From Alphaproteobacteria bacterium (lineage in GTDB: Bacteria; Pseudomonadota; Alphaproteobacteria; UBA828): a stretch of DNA of 64,000 nucleotides. A model generated the notes under the pieces. That model saw only the letters and a program-made list of their open reading frames with translations. It had not been told where the DNA came from and ran no database searches. Where the stretch lies: positions 416,001-480,000 of the forward strand of contig CBDCQT010000011.1 in the NCBI GenBank assembly GCA_965220745.1, written 5' to 3'. A program made the position numbers and the translations under genes. How positions within the stretch are numbered: the stretch's first letter is position 1; the number at the start of each line of letters is the position of its first letter. This document shows, piece after piece, positions 11,752 to 23,646 of this stretch.

Positions 11752-12320
11752 GCGCCGATGCGTCTACCGGCACCGGTGGTCGGCGCCTGGTCACGGCAGA
11801 CGAGGTGGGCCGCTCCGGTCTCAGGCTCGCGTTCGAGGCCGGCGAGACGGAGAGGGAGGCGCTCGCGCGCCGCCTGGACCTGCTGGCGTTGGACGCGCTT
11901 ACAGCAGAGCTCCGCTTCGCGCCGGCCGACGAGACCGACGGTGCGATCCGTGTGAGCGGGGCGATCGACGCGCGGCTGGTTCAGCGTTGCGTCGTGACGC
12001 TCGAGCCCGTGCCGCGTTCGGTGAGCGAGCCTGTCTCCGCCCTCTACGCGCCACCGCCCGCCGAGCAGCCCGAGCACGAGGTCGAAGTCTTGGCGGAAGG
12101 CGACGAGGCCGAGCCACTACCCGAGGACGGCATCGATGTAGGCGCGCTGGTGGCAGAGCATCTCGCCCTTGTCCTGGACCCCTATCCGCGCCACCCCGAT
12201 GCGCCGGACGGGCCGCTCACCTACGCGACGGGCGAAGATGGAGCCAAAAAGGGTGTGCCGGACGACGATGGAGACACCAGACCCTTCGCGGCGCTTGGCC
12301 AACTCAAAAGCAAGTTGTAA
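11748..12320 (+). CDS. yceD: DUF177/YceD family protein
   Basis: QRCVVTLEPV, LDPYPRHP, PFAALGQLK; directly upstream of rpmF. Confidence 0.88.
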   Translation: MSADASTGTGGRRLVTADEVGRSGLRLAFEAGETEREALARRLDLLALDALTAELRFAPADETDGAIRVSGAIDARLVQRCVVTLEPVPRSVSEPVSALYAPPPAEQPEHEVEVLAEGDEAEPLPEDGIDVGALVAEHLALVLDPYPRHPDAPDGPLTYATGEDGAKKGVPDDDGDTRPFAALGQLKSKL

Positions 12321-12414
12321 TGTGCGACTCTATTGTGTAGTGCCGGCGCAATTGATGCGCTGCCGTTGAAGCGGCGGCGCGGTGCCCGCGCAGTCAAGCG
12401 ATGAGAACCTGTCC

Positions 12415-12594
12415 ATGGCCGTCCCAAAAAAGAAAGTGTCCCGCGCACGCCGCGGCAACCGTCGTTCCCACGACGCGTTGGCCAAGGTCAACCCGACAGA
12501 ATGCCCCAACTGCGGCGAGCATAAGCTGCCCCACCACGTGTGTCGGGCCTGCGGCTACTACAGGGGCCGCGAGGTGATCGAGGGCGAGGTCTAG
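12415..12594 (+). CDS. rpmF: 50S ribosomal protein L32
   Basis: MAVPKKKVS...RRSHDAL...CPNCG...[10 protein letters not shown]. Confidence 0.97.
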   Translation: MAVPKKKVSRARRGNRRSHDALAKVNPTECPNCGEHKLPHHVCRACGYYRGREVIEGEV

Positions 12595-12625
12595 CCCCAT
12601 ACCAGGCCGACACGAAGGCCCGCAG

Positions 12626-13678
12626 ATGAGCAACTCGGAGATCGTAATCGCCCTCGACGCAATGGGTGGCGATGGTGCTCCCGACGTGGTGATCAGGGGC
12701 GCCAACATCGCCCGCGTGCGCCATCCGCAACTCCGCTTCAAGTTCTTCGGCAAGGAGTCGGCCATCACTGCGGGCTTGGCGAAATTCAAGCGCCTGAAGT
12801 CGGTCAGCACCGTCCACCATGCCGAGAAGGTGATCGCCGACAACGACAAGCTCGTCCAGGTGTTGCGCCAGCGCCAGGCATCGAGCATGCGGCTCGCCAT
12901 CGACGCCGTCGGGGAGAATACAGCGGACGGCGTGGTTTCGGCGGGCAACACCGGCGCGCTCATGGCGCTCGCCAAGGTCACGCTCAAGACCCTGCCGGGG
13001 ATCGGGCGTCCCGCGATGGGATCGGTCTTCCCTACGGTGCGGGGCGAGAGCGTGATGCTCGACCTCGGTGCCAATATTGATTGCGATTCGGCGACGCTGG
13101 CGCAGTTCGCCGTGATGGGGGAGGTCTTCGCGCGCAACGTTCTCGGCGTGCGCGAGCCCACAGTGGGCCTGCTCAACATCGGCACCGAGGAGCTGAAGGG
13201 CTCGGAGACGATACGCACGGCGGCCGCGACGCTGCGGGATTCGGGCCTGCCGATCAAATTCCACGGCTTCGTCGAGGCTGACGACATCGCCGCCGGCACC
13301 GTCGACGTGATCGCCACCGACGGCTTCGCCGGCAACATCGCGCTCAAGTCGGCGGAGGGCACGGCGCGCCTCTACACCGAGTATCTCAAGAGCGCCTTCC
13401 GGCGCTCACTGTTCTCGCGGCTCGGCTATTTGCTGGCGCGGCCGGCGCTCCGCCTGCTCCGGGAGCGGGTCGACCCCCGCGCCTACAACGGCGCCATGTT
13501 CCTGGGTGTGAACGGGGTCGTGGTGAAGAGCCACGGCGGCACCGATCACAAGGGCTTCGCCAATGCCATCGGCGTCGCCTTCGACATGGTGAGCCAAGGG
13601 ATCAATCCCAAGATCATCGACGAGCTGTCGCGCCTCCAGCTTGCCGCCCTGCCGGAGCCGAAGAGGGCCGCGCTCTAG
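12626..13678 (+). CDS. plsX: Phosphate acyltransferase PlsX
   Basis: [37 protein letters not shown]. Confidence 0.97.
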   Translation: MSNSEIVIALDAMGGDGAPDVVIRGANIARVRHPQLRFKFFGKESAITAGLAKFKRLKSVSTVHHAEKVIADNDKLVQVLRQRQASSMRLAIDAVGENTADGVVSAGNTGALMALAKVTLKTLPGIGRPAMGSVFPTVRGESVMLDLGANIDCDSATLAQFAVMGEVFARNVLGVREPTVGLLNIGTEELKGSETIRTAAATLRDSGLPIKFHGFVEADDIAAGTVDVIATDGFAGNIALKSAEGTARLYTEYLKSAFRRSLFSRLGYLLARPALRLLRERVDPRAYNGAMFLGVNGVVVKSHGGTDHKGFANAIGVAFDMVSQGINPKIIDELSRLQLAALPEPKRAAL

Positions 13679-13680
13679 CC

Positions 13681-14652
13681 ATGCGCCGCTCCCGGCTGGT
13701 CGGCTGCGGCGCCTACCTCCCCGAACGCGTGCTCAGCAACGACGAGCTCAGCACGCGCATCGACACCAGCGACGAGTGGATCAAGACTCGCACCGGTATC
13801 AGGCAGCGGCACGTGGCGGCCGATGACCAGCTGACCTCCGATCTCGCTTGCGAGGCGAGCCGGGCAGCGCTTGAAGCAGCAGGCATCAGCGCGGACTCTC
13901 TCGACCTCGTGGTGTTGGCGACGTCCACACCGGACAACACCTTCCCCGCTACCGCGACCAAGGTGCAGGCTAGGCTCGGCATGACCGGCGGCATCGCCTT
14001 CGATGTCCAGGCCGTGTGCGCGGGCTTCGTCTGCGCACTGTCGGTGGCCGACAGCATGGTCCGAAGCGGCGCGGCCGACACGGCGCTCATCGTCGGCGCC
14101 GAAACCTATTCGCGCATCTTGGACTGGGACGACCGCCAGACCTGCGTGCTCTTCGGCGATGGTGCGGGCGCAGCCGTGCTGCGCGCAGATACCGGCGCCG
14201 GGACCACGGCTGACCGGGGCGTGCTCGCGGTCCGCATGCGCTCCGACGGGCGCCATTACCAGGCGCTCTACGTGGACGGCGGGGTGTCCTCCACCCAGAC
14301 CGCCGGTTACCTGCGAATGCAGGGACGCGAGGTCTTTCGCCATGCCGTGGCGAACCTAGCGGAAATCGCGGGCGAGGCGCTGGATGCCGCCGGCGTCGGC
14401 GCAGACGAAGTCGACTGGCTGGTCCCCCATCAGGCCAACCGCCGGATAATCGATGCAACCGGCAAGAAGCTCGGAATTCCAGTCGAGAAGACGATCGTGA
14501 CCGTGGACCGCCACGCCAATACCTCGTCTGCCTCCATCCCGCTCGCGCTCAAGGCCGGCATCGACGACGGGCGGATTACGCCGGGCGATCTGCTGGTTGT
14601 CGAGGCGATTGGCGGCGGCCTGGTCTGGGGCGCCGGCGTCATTCGTCTCTAA
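13681..14652 (+). CDS. fabH: Beta-ketoacyl-ACP synthase III
   Basis: [26 protein letters not shown] catalytic motifs. Confidence 0.97.
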   Translation: MRRSRLVGCGAYLPERVLSNDELSTRIDTSDEWIKTRTGIRQRHVAADDQLTSDLACEASRAALEAAGISADSLDLVVLATSTPDNTFPATATKVQARLGMTGGIAFDVQAVCAGFVCALSVADSMVRSGAADTALIVGAETYSRILDWDDRQTCVLFGDGAGAAVLRADTGAGTTADRGVLAVRMRSDGRHYQALYVDGGVSSTQTAGYLRMQGREVFRHAVANLAEIAGEALDAAGVGADEVDWLVPHQANRRIIDATGKKLGIPVEKTIVTVDRHANTSSASIPLALKAGIDDGRITPGDLLVVEAIGGGLVWGAGVIRL

Positions 14653-14709
14653 ACCGCTGTACCGGCCTAACAATTGCGCATGGGCCCTGGCTCGGCCCGC
14701 GCACGACGG

Positions 14710-14738
14710 TTGACGATCCGGCACCGAGGCAGTACCGT
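14710..14738 (+). promoter_or_regulatory. Putative sigma70 promoter of ihfA-merR
   Basis: TTGACG-N17-TACCGT. Confidence 0.55.
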
Positions 14739-14767
14739 GGTGCGGACATAAAGGGAGGCGGGAGACA

Positions 14768-15136
14768 ATGGCCGGGCGAACGGTCACCCGCGCCGATCTC
14801 GCCGAGGCTGTCTTCCGCGAAATCGGCCTGTCACGGAAGGAATCTGCTGATCTGGTCGAATCGGTCCTCGGCCTGATCGCCGACGCGCTCGCGCGCGGCG
14901 AGCCGGTGAAGATTTCGTCCTTCGGCAGCTTCAGTGCGCGGATGAAGGGCCAGCGTATCGGCCGCAATCCCAAGACCGGCGAGGAGGTTCCCATCCTGCC
15001 GCGCCGCGTGCTGGTTTTCCGCGCCTCACACGTGTTGAAGGACCGCATCAATGGCTCGCTCGCGCCCCTCGAGGAGGGCGAGGGCGTGGAGATAGTTCTG
15101 GATAGCGAACGGCCCGACGGGCCGGCCTCTTCCTAG
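14768..15136 (+). CDS. ihfA: Integration host factor subunit alpha
   Basis: [26 protein letters not shown]; synteny after fabH. Confidence 0.96.
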   Translation: MAGRTVTRADLAEAVFREIGLSRKESADLVESVLGLIADALARGEPVKISSFGSFSARMKGQRIGRNPKTGEEVPILPRRVLVFRASHVLKDRINGSLAPLEEGEGVEIVLDSERPDGPASS

Positions 15137-15139
15137 GCG

Positions 15140-15553
15140 ATGCCAGGCGCCGAGCCCGCGAGCGCGGGCGTTCCGAAATCGCCGGATGCGTTCCGCACCA
15201 TCGGCGAGGTCTCCGAAGAGCTTGCCGTACCGCAGCACGTCCTGCGCTTCTGGGAGACCAAGTTCCCGCAGGTCAGGCCACTGAAGCGGGGCGGCGGACG
15301 CCGCTACTACCGGCCCGAGGATGTGGCGCTGCTGCGCCACATCCGGCACTTGCTTCATGCCGAGGGATATACCGTGCGCGGCGTGCAGAAGCTGCTGCGC
15401 GAGCGGGCCTCGAGACCGGGCGCCCCACCTCTATTGCCCGATGGGGTCGAGGAGGAAAGCCCTCTCGCTCCCGAAGATCGCGCCAAAGCCGCCCAAGTGC
15501 TCGACGAGCTCTGCGTTCTCCGCGACCTGCTGCGCGGCCGCACCCGATCCTGA
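15140..15553 (+). CDS. MerR-family HTH regulator (ihfA-associated)
   Basis: [12 protein letters not shown]...HVLRFWE...KRGGGRRYY. Confidence 0.93.
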   Translation: MPGAEPASAGVPKSPDAFRTIGEVSEELAVPQHVLRFWETKFPQVRPLKRGGGRRYYRPEDVALLRHIRHLLHAEGYTVRGVQKLLRERASRPGAPPLLPDGVEEESPLAPEDRAKAAQVLDELCVLRDLLRGRTRS

Positions 15554-15584
15554 CACACTCTCCGCGTCGACGCCCGGCGCGGGC

Positions 15585-15734
15585 TCAGAGCATTTCCGTT
15601 CGGCGCGGAAACGCTCTGACAATTTATCGCTCACGGCAGCCGGCCTACGGCCGGCGCCTCCGCGAGGGCGCCGCAAGAGCGGCGGGCCGCAGTCGCGGCC
15701 TGTCGCGCGTCCGCCGATGACGGACGCGCTCTAA
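15585..15734. repeat. Multi-hairpin palindromic intergenic element (CIR/RIME-like miniature element)
   Basis: Ends TCAGAGC...GCTCTAA; 14-bp terminal hairpin at 15585-15619, related hairpin at 15705-15729, and about four small internal hairpins. Confidence 0.6.
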
Positions 15735-15756
15735 GCAGAGCAGCCAGAATTCCCGA

Positions 15757-16497
15757 TTACCCGATCGCGGCGAGGCCGGGGAAGGCTTCGAGCAGCCAGA
15801 AGGCAAAGGAGCTGAGGTAGCCGGTGATCAGGGCTGCCCCCATGGCCACCAGAATGACTCCGGCGCCGATCTGCAGTGGCCTGCTGATCCTGCGGATGCG
15901 CCTCATGTGGCGGAGGAAGAATCCGGTGAACGCCGCCGCGATCAGGAACGGCACCCCAAGCCCCAGCGAATAGACTGCCAGCAGGCCGACGCCGAGGCCG
16001 ACATCGGCGGAGGTCGCGGTGAGGGTGAGGATGCCGCCCAGCACCGGGCCGATGCAGGGAGTCCAGCCGAAGGCGAAGGCCGCACCCAGCAGGAACGCGC
16101 TGGCCGGCTTGCCGCCCGCGAGACGGCCGGCGAAGCGCGCCTCACGCTCGAAGAACGGGATTCTGATCAGGCCCGTGAGGTAGACGCCGAAGACGATGAT
16201 TACGGCGCCTGCGACATATTCGAATATTGTCTTGTGCTGGAGCAGGAAGCCGCCCACGGCGCTCGCGCTCGCGCCGAGGGCCACGAAGACCGTCGTGAAG
16301 CCGAGGACGAAGAACGCGCTCAGCATCAGCGCCGCAAGTCGCCTGCGGGAGAGTCCCTCCTCGTCCCGCAGCTCCTCGAGCGAGCCGCCGGCGACGTAGG
16401 AGACGTACCCCGGCACCAGCGGCAGAACGCAGGGCGAGAGGAACGAGATCAACCCGGCGACGAAGACCGAGACGATGCCGATGGCGGAAAGTTCCAT
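15757..16497 (-). CDS. ccdA: Cytochrome c biogenesis protein CcdA (DsbD transmembrane domain)
   Basis: SFLSPCVLPLVP and FGWTPCIGP. Confidence 0.93.
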   Translation of the reverse strand: MELSAIGIVSVFVAGLISFLSPCVLPLVPGYVSYVAGGSLEELRDEEGLSRRRLAALMLSAFFVLGFTTVFVALGASASAVGGFLLQHKTIFEYVAGAVIIVFGVYLTGLIRIPFFEREARFAGRLAGGKPASAFLLGAAFAFGWTPCIGPVLGGILTLTATSADVGLGVGLLAVYSLGLGVPFLIAAAFTGFFLRHMRRIRRISRPLQIGAGVILVAMGAALITGYLSSFAFWLLEAFPGLAAIG

Positions 16498-16537
16498 GAT
16501 CGCTGACCCCGCGAGGGGTGTTCCCGTGCCTGCGCCG

Positions 16538-17119
16538 CTACTCGACGATGTGGCGCACCAGCTCGATCACGTCCGGGTCGTCCCAGTCTCGATCGCCGAG
16601 CACGCGCGCGACCTCCGCGCCCTCGCCGTCAAAGAAGACAGTGGCGGGGATGCCGTGCACCCGGAGCGCGCGCCCCGCCGCCATTTTCTCGTCGATGAAG
16701 ATCGGCAGCGTGATGAGGTCGTGGTCGTTGTAATACCTGCGCACGAGCTCGGCCCCGCCACGGTCGAGCGAGAGCGGAAGGATCACCAGGTCGTCCCCAA
16801 GCTCCCGCTGCAGGGCGTCCATCGTCGGCATCTCGGCGCGGCAGGGGAAGCACCATGTAGCCCAGAAATGAACGGCGACAGGCGTGCCGCGATAGTCGGC
16901 GAGGCTCTTCTCTTCGCCGGCCTCGTCGATGAAGGCGATGGGCGGCGGCTCCATCGGCCCGTCGGTCACGACCAGGTTGAGGATGGGGCTCCCGTCGACG
17001 CGCTTGTCGAGGGAGCGCAACGTCTCCCCGTCGGCGGCAAGCAGGGCGCCGCCGTAAAGCATTGCGCCGAGCACGGCGACGGCGGCGGTGAGGCGCGCCA
17101 AAATTCTAATTTTCTTCAT
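16538..17119 (-). CDS. TlpA/ResA-family thiol-disulfide oxidoreductase
   Basis: N-terminal signal or anchor; FWATWCFPCRAEMP; GIPAT cis-Pro loop; upstream of ccdA. Confidence 0.9.
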   Translation of the reverse strand: MKKIRILARLTAAVAVLGAMLYGGALLAADGETLRSLDKRVDGSPILNLVVTDGPMEPPPIAFIDEAGEEKSLADYRGTPVAVHFWATWCFPCRAEMPTMDALQRELGDDLVILPLSLDRGGAELVRRYYNDHDLITLPIFIDEKMAAGRALRVHGIPATVFFDGEGAEVARVLGDRDWDDPDVIELVRHIVE

Positions 17120-17192
17120 GGCTGTCGCTCCATCTCTGCCAGCCGTCTGCTCGGGCATAGATAGTAACCTCAGAGTGTCCTGCCTAGCGCGG

Positions 17193-17981
17193 TTACGCGC
17201 GCTCACCATGATTTGAAGCGGCACTCGCTGCGGCGATTCCCTCCACAGCGGCGGTGAGCCGGGCGAGATCCTCGTCGCGCGAGAGGCGGTGATCGCCGTC
17301 CTTCACCAGCTCGACCGTGACGCGCTCGCTCTCCACTAGCTCTGCGATTTGGAGCGCGGTGCGCCAGGGCACGTCCTCGTCGCGCATGCCCTGCAGCAGG
17401 TGGATGGGGCAGCCGATCGCGATTTGCGCGCGCAGCAGCAGGTGATCGCGCCCCTCCTCGATCAGGCCCATGGTGATGGGGTAGGGGTCTTCGCCACAGT
17501 CGCAGGGCATCACGATTTCGCCGGTCTCGGCGAGGGTCCGCCGCCCTTCGTCGTCGAGCGCGGACCAGATGAGGTTTTCGGTGAAATCGGGTGCCGCCGC
17601 GACGCCGACGAGGCCGGCGACGCGCTCAGGCCGCGCCAGCGCGAGCAGCAGCACGATCCAGCCGCCCATGCTGGAGCCGACCAGGACCTGCGGGCCGCTG
17701 GCGACGCGGTCGAGCACCGCCAGTGCATCGTCCCGCCACGCACCGATGGTGCCGTCCCGGAACGCGCCGCCCGAGGCACCGTGGCCGGAATAGTCGAAGC
17801 GCACGTAGGCCCGGCCGATGCGGCGGCAGTGGGCCTCCAGCGCCGTGGCCTTGGTCCCGGTCATGTCTGACATGAAGCCGCCGCAGAACATCACGCCCGG
17901 CGCACTGCCCGCCATCGCCCGGTAGGCGATCGTCTCGCGGTCGTCGCGCTCAAGCAGCGTTGGCGGTGGGGGTTCTTGCAT
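17193..17981 (-). CDS. Alpha/beta hydrolase (ABHD10-like)
   Basis: GGFMSDMTGTKA, RFDYSGHG, nucleophile elbow GSSMGG, DGDHRLS. Confidence 0.9.
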   Translation of the reverse strand: MQEPPPPTLLERDDRETIAYRAMAGSAPGVMFCGGFMSDMTGTKATALEAHCRRIGRAYVRFDYSGHGASGGAFRDGTIGAWRDDALAVLDRVASGPQVLVGSSMGGWIVLLLALARPERVAGLVGVAAAPDFTENLIWSALDDEGRRTLAETGEIVMPCDCGEDPYPITMGLIEEGRDHLLLRAQIAIGCPIHLLQGMRDEDVPWRTALQIAELVESERVTVELVKDGDHRLSRDEDLARLTAAVEGIAAASAASNHGERA

Positions 17982-18048
17982 GGGTCTCTCGCTCGATCCC
18001 GCCGTTGGCCCGCGATCGGCAAGGCTGCGCTCGGCCAGATGGCCTTCC

Positions 18049-19464
<1,416 letters not shown>

Positions 19465-19482
19465 CGGGCTCCTCTCCCCGCG

Positions 19483-21132
19483 CTAGACGCGGTTGCGGTC
19501 GAAGGTCGGCTGCACGCCCGACCCGTAGAGCTTGAGCGCCCCCTCGGGGCCGACGGTGTTCGGGCGCTGGAAGATCCAGTTCTGCCAGGCCGAGAGCCTG
19601 CCGAAGATCTTGGTCTCGAGCGTCTCCGGCCCGGCGAAGCGGAGCGATGCCTCCATGCCGCTGAGCGCATCGGGCGAGAATGCCGCGCGCGCCTCGATGG
19701 CGATACGCACCTCGTCCTCCCAGTCGATGTCGTCGGGGATGAAGGTGACGAGCCCGAGCGCGTCCGCCGCCTCGGCGTCAAGGTCCGTGCCGGCGGCGTC
19801 GTGCGCCGCGGCTAGTGCCGCGTCATCGTCGAGGAAGCGGCTGGCGAGGCGTGAGAGCCCGTTCGCCATCGGCAGCGGGCCGGTGTTCATCGTCGTGAGC
19901 CGCACCGTCGCCGGCGCCTCGTTCGAGCCCTCGAAGGTGCCGTCGAGCATGAAGCTGCGATCGGCCGCGAGCGCGAGCTCCAGCAGCGTGCCGGTGAAGC
20001 AGGAGCCGGGCTCGATCAGTGCGACGAGGCTGCGGGCGCTCACGTCGAGGCGCTTCAGGGTGCGCTTCAAATAGAGGGTGATCTCGCGCACCAGCCAATC
20101 GTCCGTGTTGGCCGCGAGCGCAGCGTCGGCTGCCGCAACATTGGCCGCCGCTCCCGTCGTTTTGAGCACCCAGGTACCGAGCGCCGGCTCGTTGAAGCGC
20201 AGGTGCAGGATCGCGTCGTCAAGCTCGCGCGCGAGTGCCAGCGGCCAGAAGCCGGCGCCGGCGGCGTGGATCGCGTTCGCCTCGGCAGGCGGCAGCGCCT
20301 CCGGCGCGGCCACCGTAAGCGTCGCCGTTCCCTGCGCCCGGTCGAGCGCGACGCGGACGTGGCGGTAAGCGAGCGTGTCGGCGGTAAGCGTGCGCTCCAG
20401 TCGGGGCAATACGATGCCTTGTGCATCGGCCGGCCGGTCCGATGCATCCGTCAAGGCTGCGGCGCGGGCCGCCACGGCATCGTCGAGCCGTGAGCGCGGC
20501 ACCAGCTCGTCCACCAGCTTCCAGTCAAGCGCGCGGCGCCCGCGCACGCCTTCGCCGGTGGTGCAGAAATAGTCGGCACGGTCGCGGCGCACGCACCGCT
20601 TGTCGACGACGCGGGTAAGCCCGCCGGTGCCCGGCAGCACTGCGAGCAGCGGCACCTCGGGCAGCGACACGGCTGTAGAGCCGTCATCGACCAGGAGGAT
20701 GTGATCGGTCGCGAGCGCGAGCTCGTAGCCGCCGCCCGCAGCCGTGCCGGCGATCACAGTCATCCAGCGCTGGCCCGCGTTGGCCGAAGCGTCCTCGATG
20801 GCGTTGCGGGTCTCGTTGGTGAACTTGCAGAAGTTCACCTTGTCGATGTGCGAGGAGCGGGACAGCATCGGGATGTTCGCGCCGGCCGAGAAGACGCGCT
20901 CCTTCGCCGAGGTAAGCACCACCGCGCGCACCTGCGGATGCTCGAAGCGGAGCCGCTGAACGGCGTCCGCAAGCTCGATATCGACGCCGAGATCATAGGA
21001 GTTGAGCTTGAGCGCATAGTCGCCCGCGATGCCGCCATCCTCGTCCACGTCGAGCGCGAGCGTGGCGATAGCACCGTCGATGGAGAGCCGCCAGTGGCGG
21101 TATTGGTCCGGATGGGTCCGGAAGTCGATCAT
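19483..21132 (-). CDS. boxC: 2,3-epoxybenzoyl-CoA dihydrolase
   Basis: KLNSYDLGVDIEL, KVNFCKFTNETRN, FGRLSAWQNWIF. Confidence 0.96.
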   Translation of the reverse strand: MIDFRTHPDQYRHWRLSIDGAIATLALDVDEDGGIAGDYALKLNSYDLGVDIELADAVQRLRFEHPQVRAVVLTSAKERVFSAGANIPMLSRSSHIDKVNFCKFTNETRNAIEDASANAGQRWMTVIAGTAAGGGYELALATDHILLVDDGSTAVSLPEVPLLAVLPGTGGLTRVVDKRCVRRDRADYFCTTGEGVRGRRALDWKLVDELVPRSRLDDAVAARAAALTDASDRPADAQGIVLPRLERTLTADTLAYRHVRVALDRAQGTATLTVAAPEALPPAEANAIHAAGAGFWPLALARELDDAILHLRFNEPALGTWVLKTTGAAANVAAADAALAANTDDWLVREITLYLKRTLKRLDVSARSLVALIEPGSCFTGTLLELALAADRSFMLDGTFEGSNEAPATVRLTTMNTGPLPMANGLSRLASRFLDDDAALAAAHDAAGTDLDAEAADALGLVTFIPDDIDWEDEVRIAIEARAAFSPDALSGMEASLRFAGPETLETKIFGRLSAWQNWIFQRPNTVGPEGALKLYGSGVQPTFDRNRV

Positions 21133-21242
21133 CGTACCCGCCGTCTATCGGGCAGCGGCCAACGCGTCCCGACATCGATTGTCCCTTGCGGACTATATGG
21201 CGGGCCGCTCTCCGCCATCCACGGGAATCTTCCGGGCAATTG

Positions 21243-22559
21243 CTAGTCTTTGGGCCGAAGATCAACGATGCGCTTGGCCTTGCCGGCCGAGCGTTCGATC
21301 GAGCCCGGCTCTCCGACCGTGACTTTGCTGCTGATGCCGATCAGCGACCGAATGCGGCCGGCGAGGTCGCGCCCGGCCGCCCGTCGCGTCTCGTCATCGG
21401 CGGCGCCGGGCTTGGCTTCGACGACCACCGTCAACTCATCGAGACGGCCTGGCCGCCGCACTTCCAGATAGTAGTGCGGCGAGAGACGCTCGTCTTCGAG
21501 CACGATCTCCTCGATGAACGGCGGGAACAGGTTGACGCCGCGGATGATCAGCATGTCGTCGTTGCGTCCCGTGACCCGCTGCATGCGCCGCATGGCGCGC
21601 GCGGTGCCCGGCAGCAGCCGGGTGAGGTCGCGGGTGCGGTAGCGAATGATCGGGCACGCTTCCTTGGTGAGGGACGTGATCACCATTTCTCCCGGCTCGC
21701 CGTCGGGCAGCACCGCGCCGGTCTCGGGATCGATGATCTCGGGATAGAAGTGGTCCTCCCAGATGTGGAGACCGTCCTTGCTCTCCACGCACTCGATGGA
21801 GACGCCGGGGCCGATCGCCTCGGAGCACCCGTAGATGTCGATCGCCTGCATGGCGAAACGGGTCTCGATCTCCTCGCGCATCGCTTCGGTCCAGGGCTCG
21901 GCGCCGTGAATGCCGATCTGCAGCGAGCAGCGCCGCGGGTCCAGCCCCAGGCGCTCGAACTCGTCGCCGATCGCCAGCATGTAGGACGGCGTGACGGCGA
22001 TGACCCTTGGCTTGAAGTCGTAGATCATCCCCACCTGACGCTCGGTGAACCCGCCCGACGCCGGAATCACGGTGCAGCCGAGCTTCTCGGCGCCGGCGTG
22101 GAGGCCGAGCCCGCCGGTGAAGAGCCCATAGCCGTAGGCGATGTGCACCATGTCGCCGGGGCGGGCGCCGGCGGCGCGCAGGCAGCGGGCCACCAGGCCG
22201 GCCCAGGTGTCGAGGTCGTTCCTCGTGTAACCCACGACGGTGGGAATGCCGGTGGTACCGCTCGACGCATGGATGCGAATGATCTGTTCGCGCGGCACCG
22301 CGAACATGTCGAAGGGGTAGTTGAGCCGGAGGTCGTCCTTGACCGTGAACGGGAACCTGGCGAGGTCGTCGAGGGACGTGAGATCGGCCGGGCTCACGCC
22401 GGCCTCGTCGAAACACCTCTTGTAGTGAGGCACGTTGTCGTAGGCGCGCCGCAGGGTCGCTTGCAGCCGCGTGAGCTGCAATGCCGCGATCTCGTCGCGG
22501 CTCGCGGTCTCGATGGGGTCGAGCTCATCCGGGCGCGGGGGGCGAACGGGGTCGTTCAT
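21243..22559 (-). CDS. paaK: Phenylacetate-CoA ligase
   Basis: IETASRDE, HASSGTTG, YGYGLFTGGLG, DIYGCSE, IIRGVNLFP, GKAKRIVD. Confidence 0.93.
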   Translation of the reverse strand: MNDPVRPPRPDELDPIETASRDEIAALQLTRLQATLRRAYDNVPHYKRCFDEAGVSPADLTSLDDLARFPFTVKDDLRLNYPFDMFAVPREQIIRIHASSGTTGIPTVVGYTRNDLDTWAGLVARCLRAAGARPGDMVHIAYGYGLFTGGLGLHAGAEKLGCTVIPASGGFTERQVGMIYDFKPRVIAVTPSYMLAIGDEFERLGLDPRRCSLQIGIHGAEPWTEAMREEIETRFAMQAIDIYGCSEAIGPGVSIECVESKDGLHIWEDHFYPEIIDPETGAVLPDGEPGEMVITSLTKEACPIIRYRTRDLTRLLPGTARAMRRMQRVTGRNDDMLIIRGVNLFPPFIEEIVLEDERLSPHYYLEVRRPGRLDELTVVVEAKPGAADDETRRAAGRDLAGRIRSLIGISSKVTVGEPGSIERSAGKAKRIVDLRPKD

Positions 22560-22704
22560 GACATCCCTCTTGCGGTGCCGCACCATAGCGCATCCGGCGC
22601 CTGCGGCATCGCCTGCGTTGACACGCCCCCGCCCTGAGCGGATAGTCCGGCGCCTGTCGAAGGGGCGCCGGTATCGGCCGCCCGCACCCGTCAGGCGCCT
22701 GCCC

Positions 22705-23607
22705 ATGTCTCCATCGAATGTCTCTACCGACCGCGCTGGGCCGATCGAGGACCCGGCGGGCGTGATTGCCTTCCAGGGGGCGCCGGGCGCCTTCTCCGAG
22801 GCCGCCTGCATGGCCCGCTATCCGGCGATGACCACGCTCCCCTGCAAGACCTTCAGCGATACCTTCGCTGCCGTCGCCCAGGGTCGCGCCGGGCTCGCCA
22901 TGATCCCGATCGAGAACTCGGCGGCCGGCCGCGTTGCCGACATTCACCAGCTCCTGCCGGAATCCGACCTCCACATCGTCGAGGAACACTTCGAGCGCGT
23001 GCGCCACAACCTCCTTGCCTGCCACGGCGCCGACCCGTCGAAGCTCGAGACCGTGCGTTCCCACGTGCACGCGCTCTCCCAGTGTCGCAAGCTCATCGCG
23101 CGGCGCGGTCTCGTGCCGATCGTGCACGCCGATACGGCAGGCGCTGCCGCCGAGGTGGCGGCGACGGGCGACCCGACCAGGGCCGCGATCGCCTCCCAGC
23201 TTGCCGCCGAGACCTATGGGCTGGCGATTGTCGAGGCGAACATTGAGGACGACGCCCACAACACGACGCGCTTCGTGGTGCTGTCGCGGCAGCCGCTCGA
23301 TCCCGGCGCGGACGCCGGGCCGGTGATCACATCCTTCATGTTCCAGTGCCGCAACGTGCCGGCGGCGCTCTACAAGTGCCTCGGCGGCTTCGCCACCAAC
23401 GGTGTCAACATGACCAAACTGGAGAGCTACATGGTTGACGGCAGCTTTTCGGCGACGGTCTTCTTCGCTGAGGTCGAGGGGCATCCGTCCGAAACCGCAC
23501 TGGCGCGCGCCCTGAGCGAGCTTGACTACTTCTCGCGCGAGGTGCGGATCATGGGCGTCTACCCGGCCCATCCCTACCGCCGCGAGGCCGCCGCCATCAG
23601 GCGCTGA
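22705..23607 (+). CDS. pheA: Prephenate dehydratase
   Basis: AFQGAPGA, PIENS, NTTRF, ACT domain with TKLES. Confidence 0.95.
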   Translation: MSPSNVSTDRAGPIEDPAGVIAFQGAPGAFSEAACMARYPAMTTLPCKTFSDTFAAVAQGRAGLAMIPIENSAAGRVADIHQLLPESDLHIVEEHFERVRHNLLACHGADPSKLETVRSHVHALSQCRKLIARRGLVPIVHADTAGAAAEVAATGDPTRAAIASQLAAETYGLAIVEANIEDDAHNTTRFVVLSRQPLDPGADAGPVITSFMFQCRNVPAALYKCLGGFATNGVNMTKLESYMVDGSFSATVFFAEVEGHPSETALARALSELDYFSREVRIMGVYPAHPYRREAAAIRR

Positions 23608-23646
23608 TCGGGGCGCCCAGCAGAGGGATACTGGAGCCAAGCCGAC

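Noticed and set aside
15553-15757. tRNA-Pro expected after ihfA-merR
   Set aside because: No D-loop or T-loop (GGTTCRAATCC) motifs; the palindromic element occupies this gap instead
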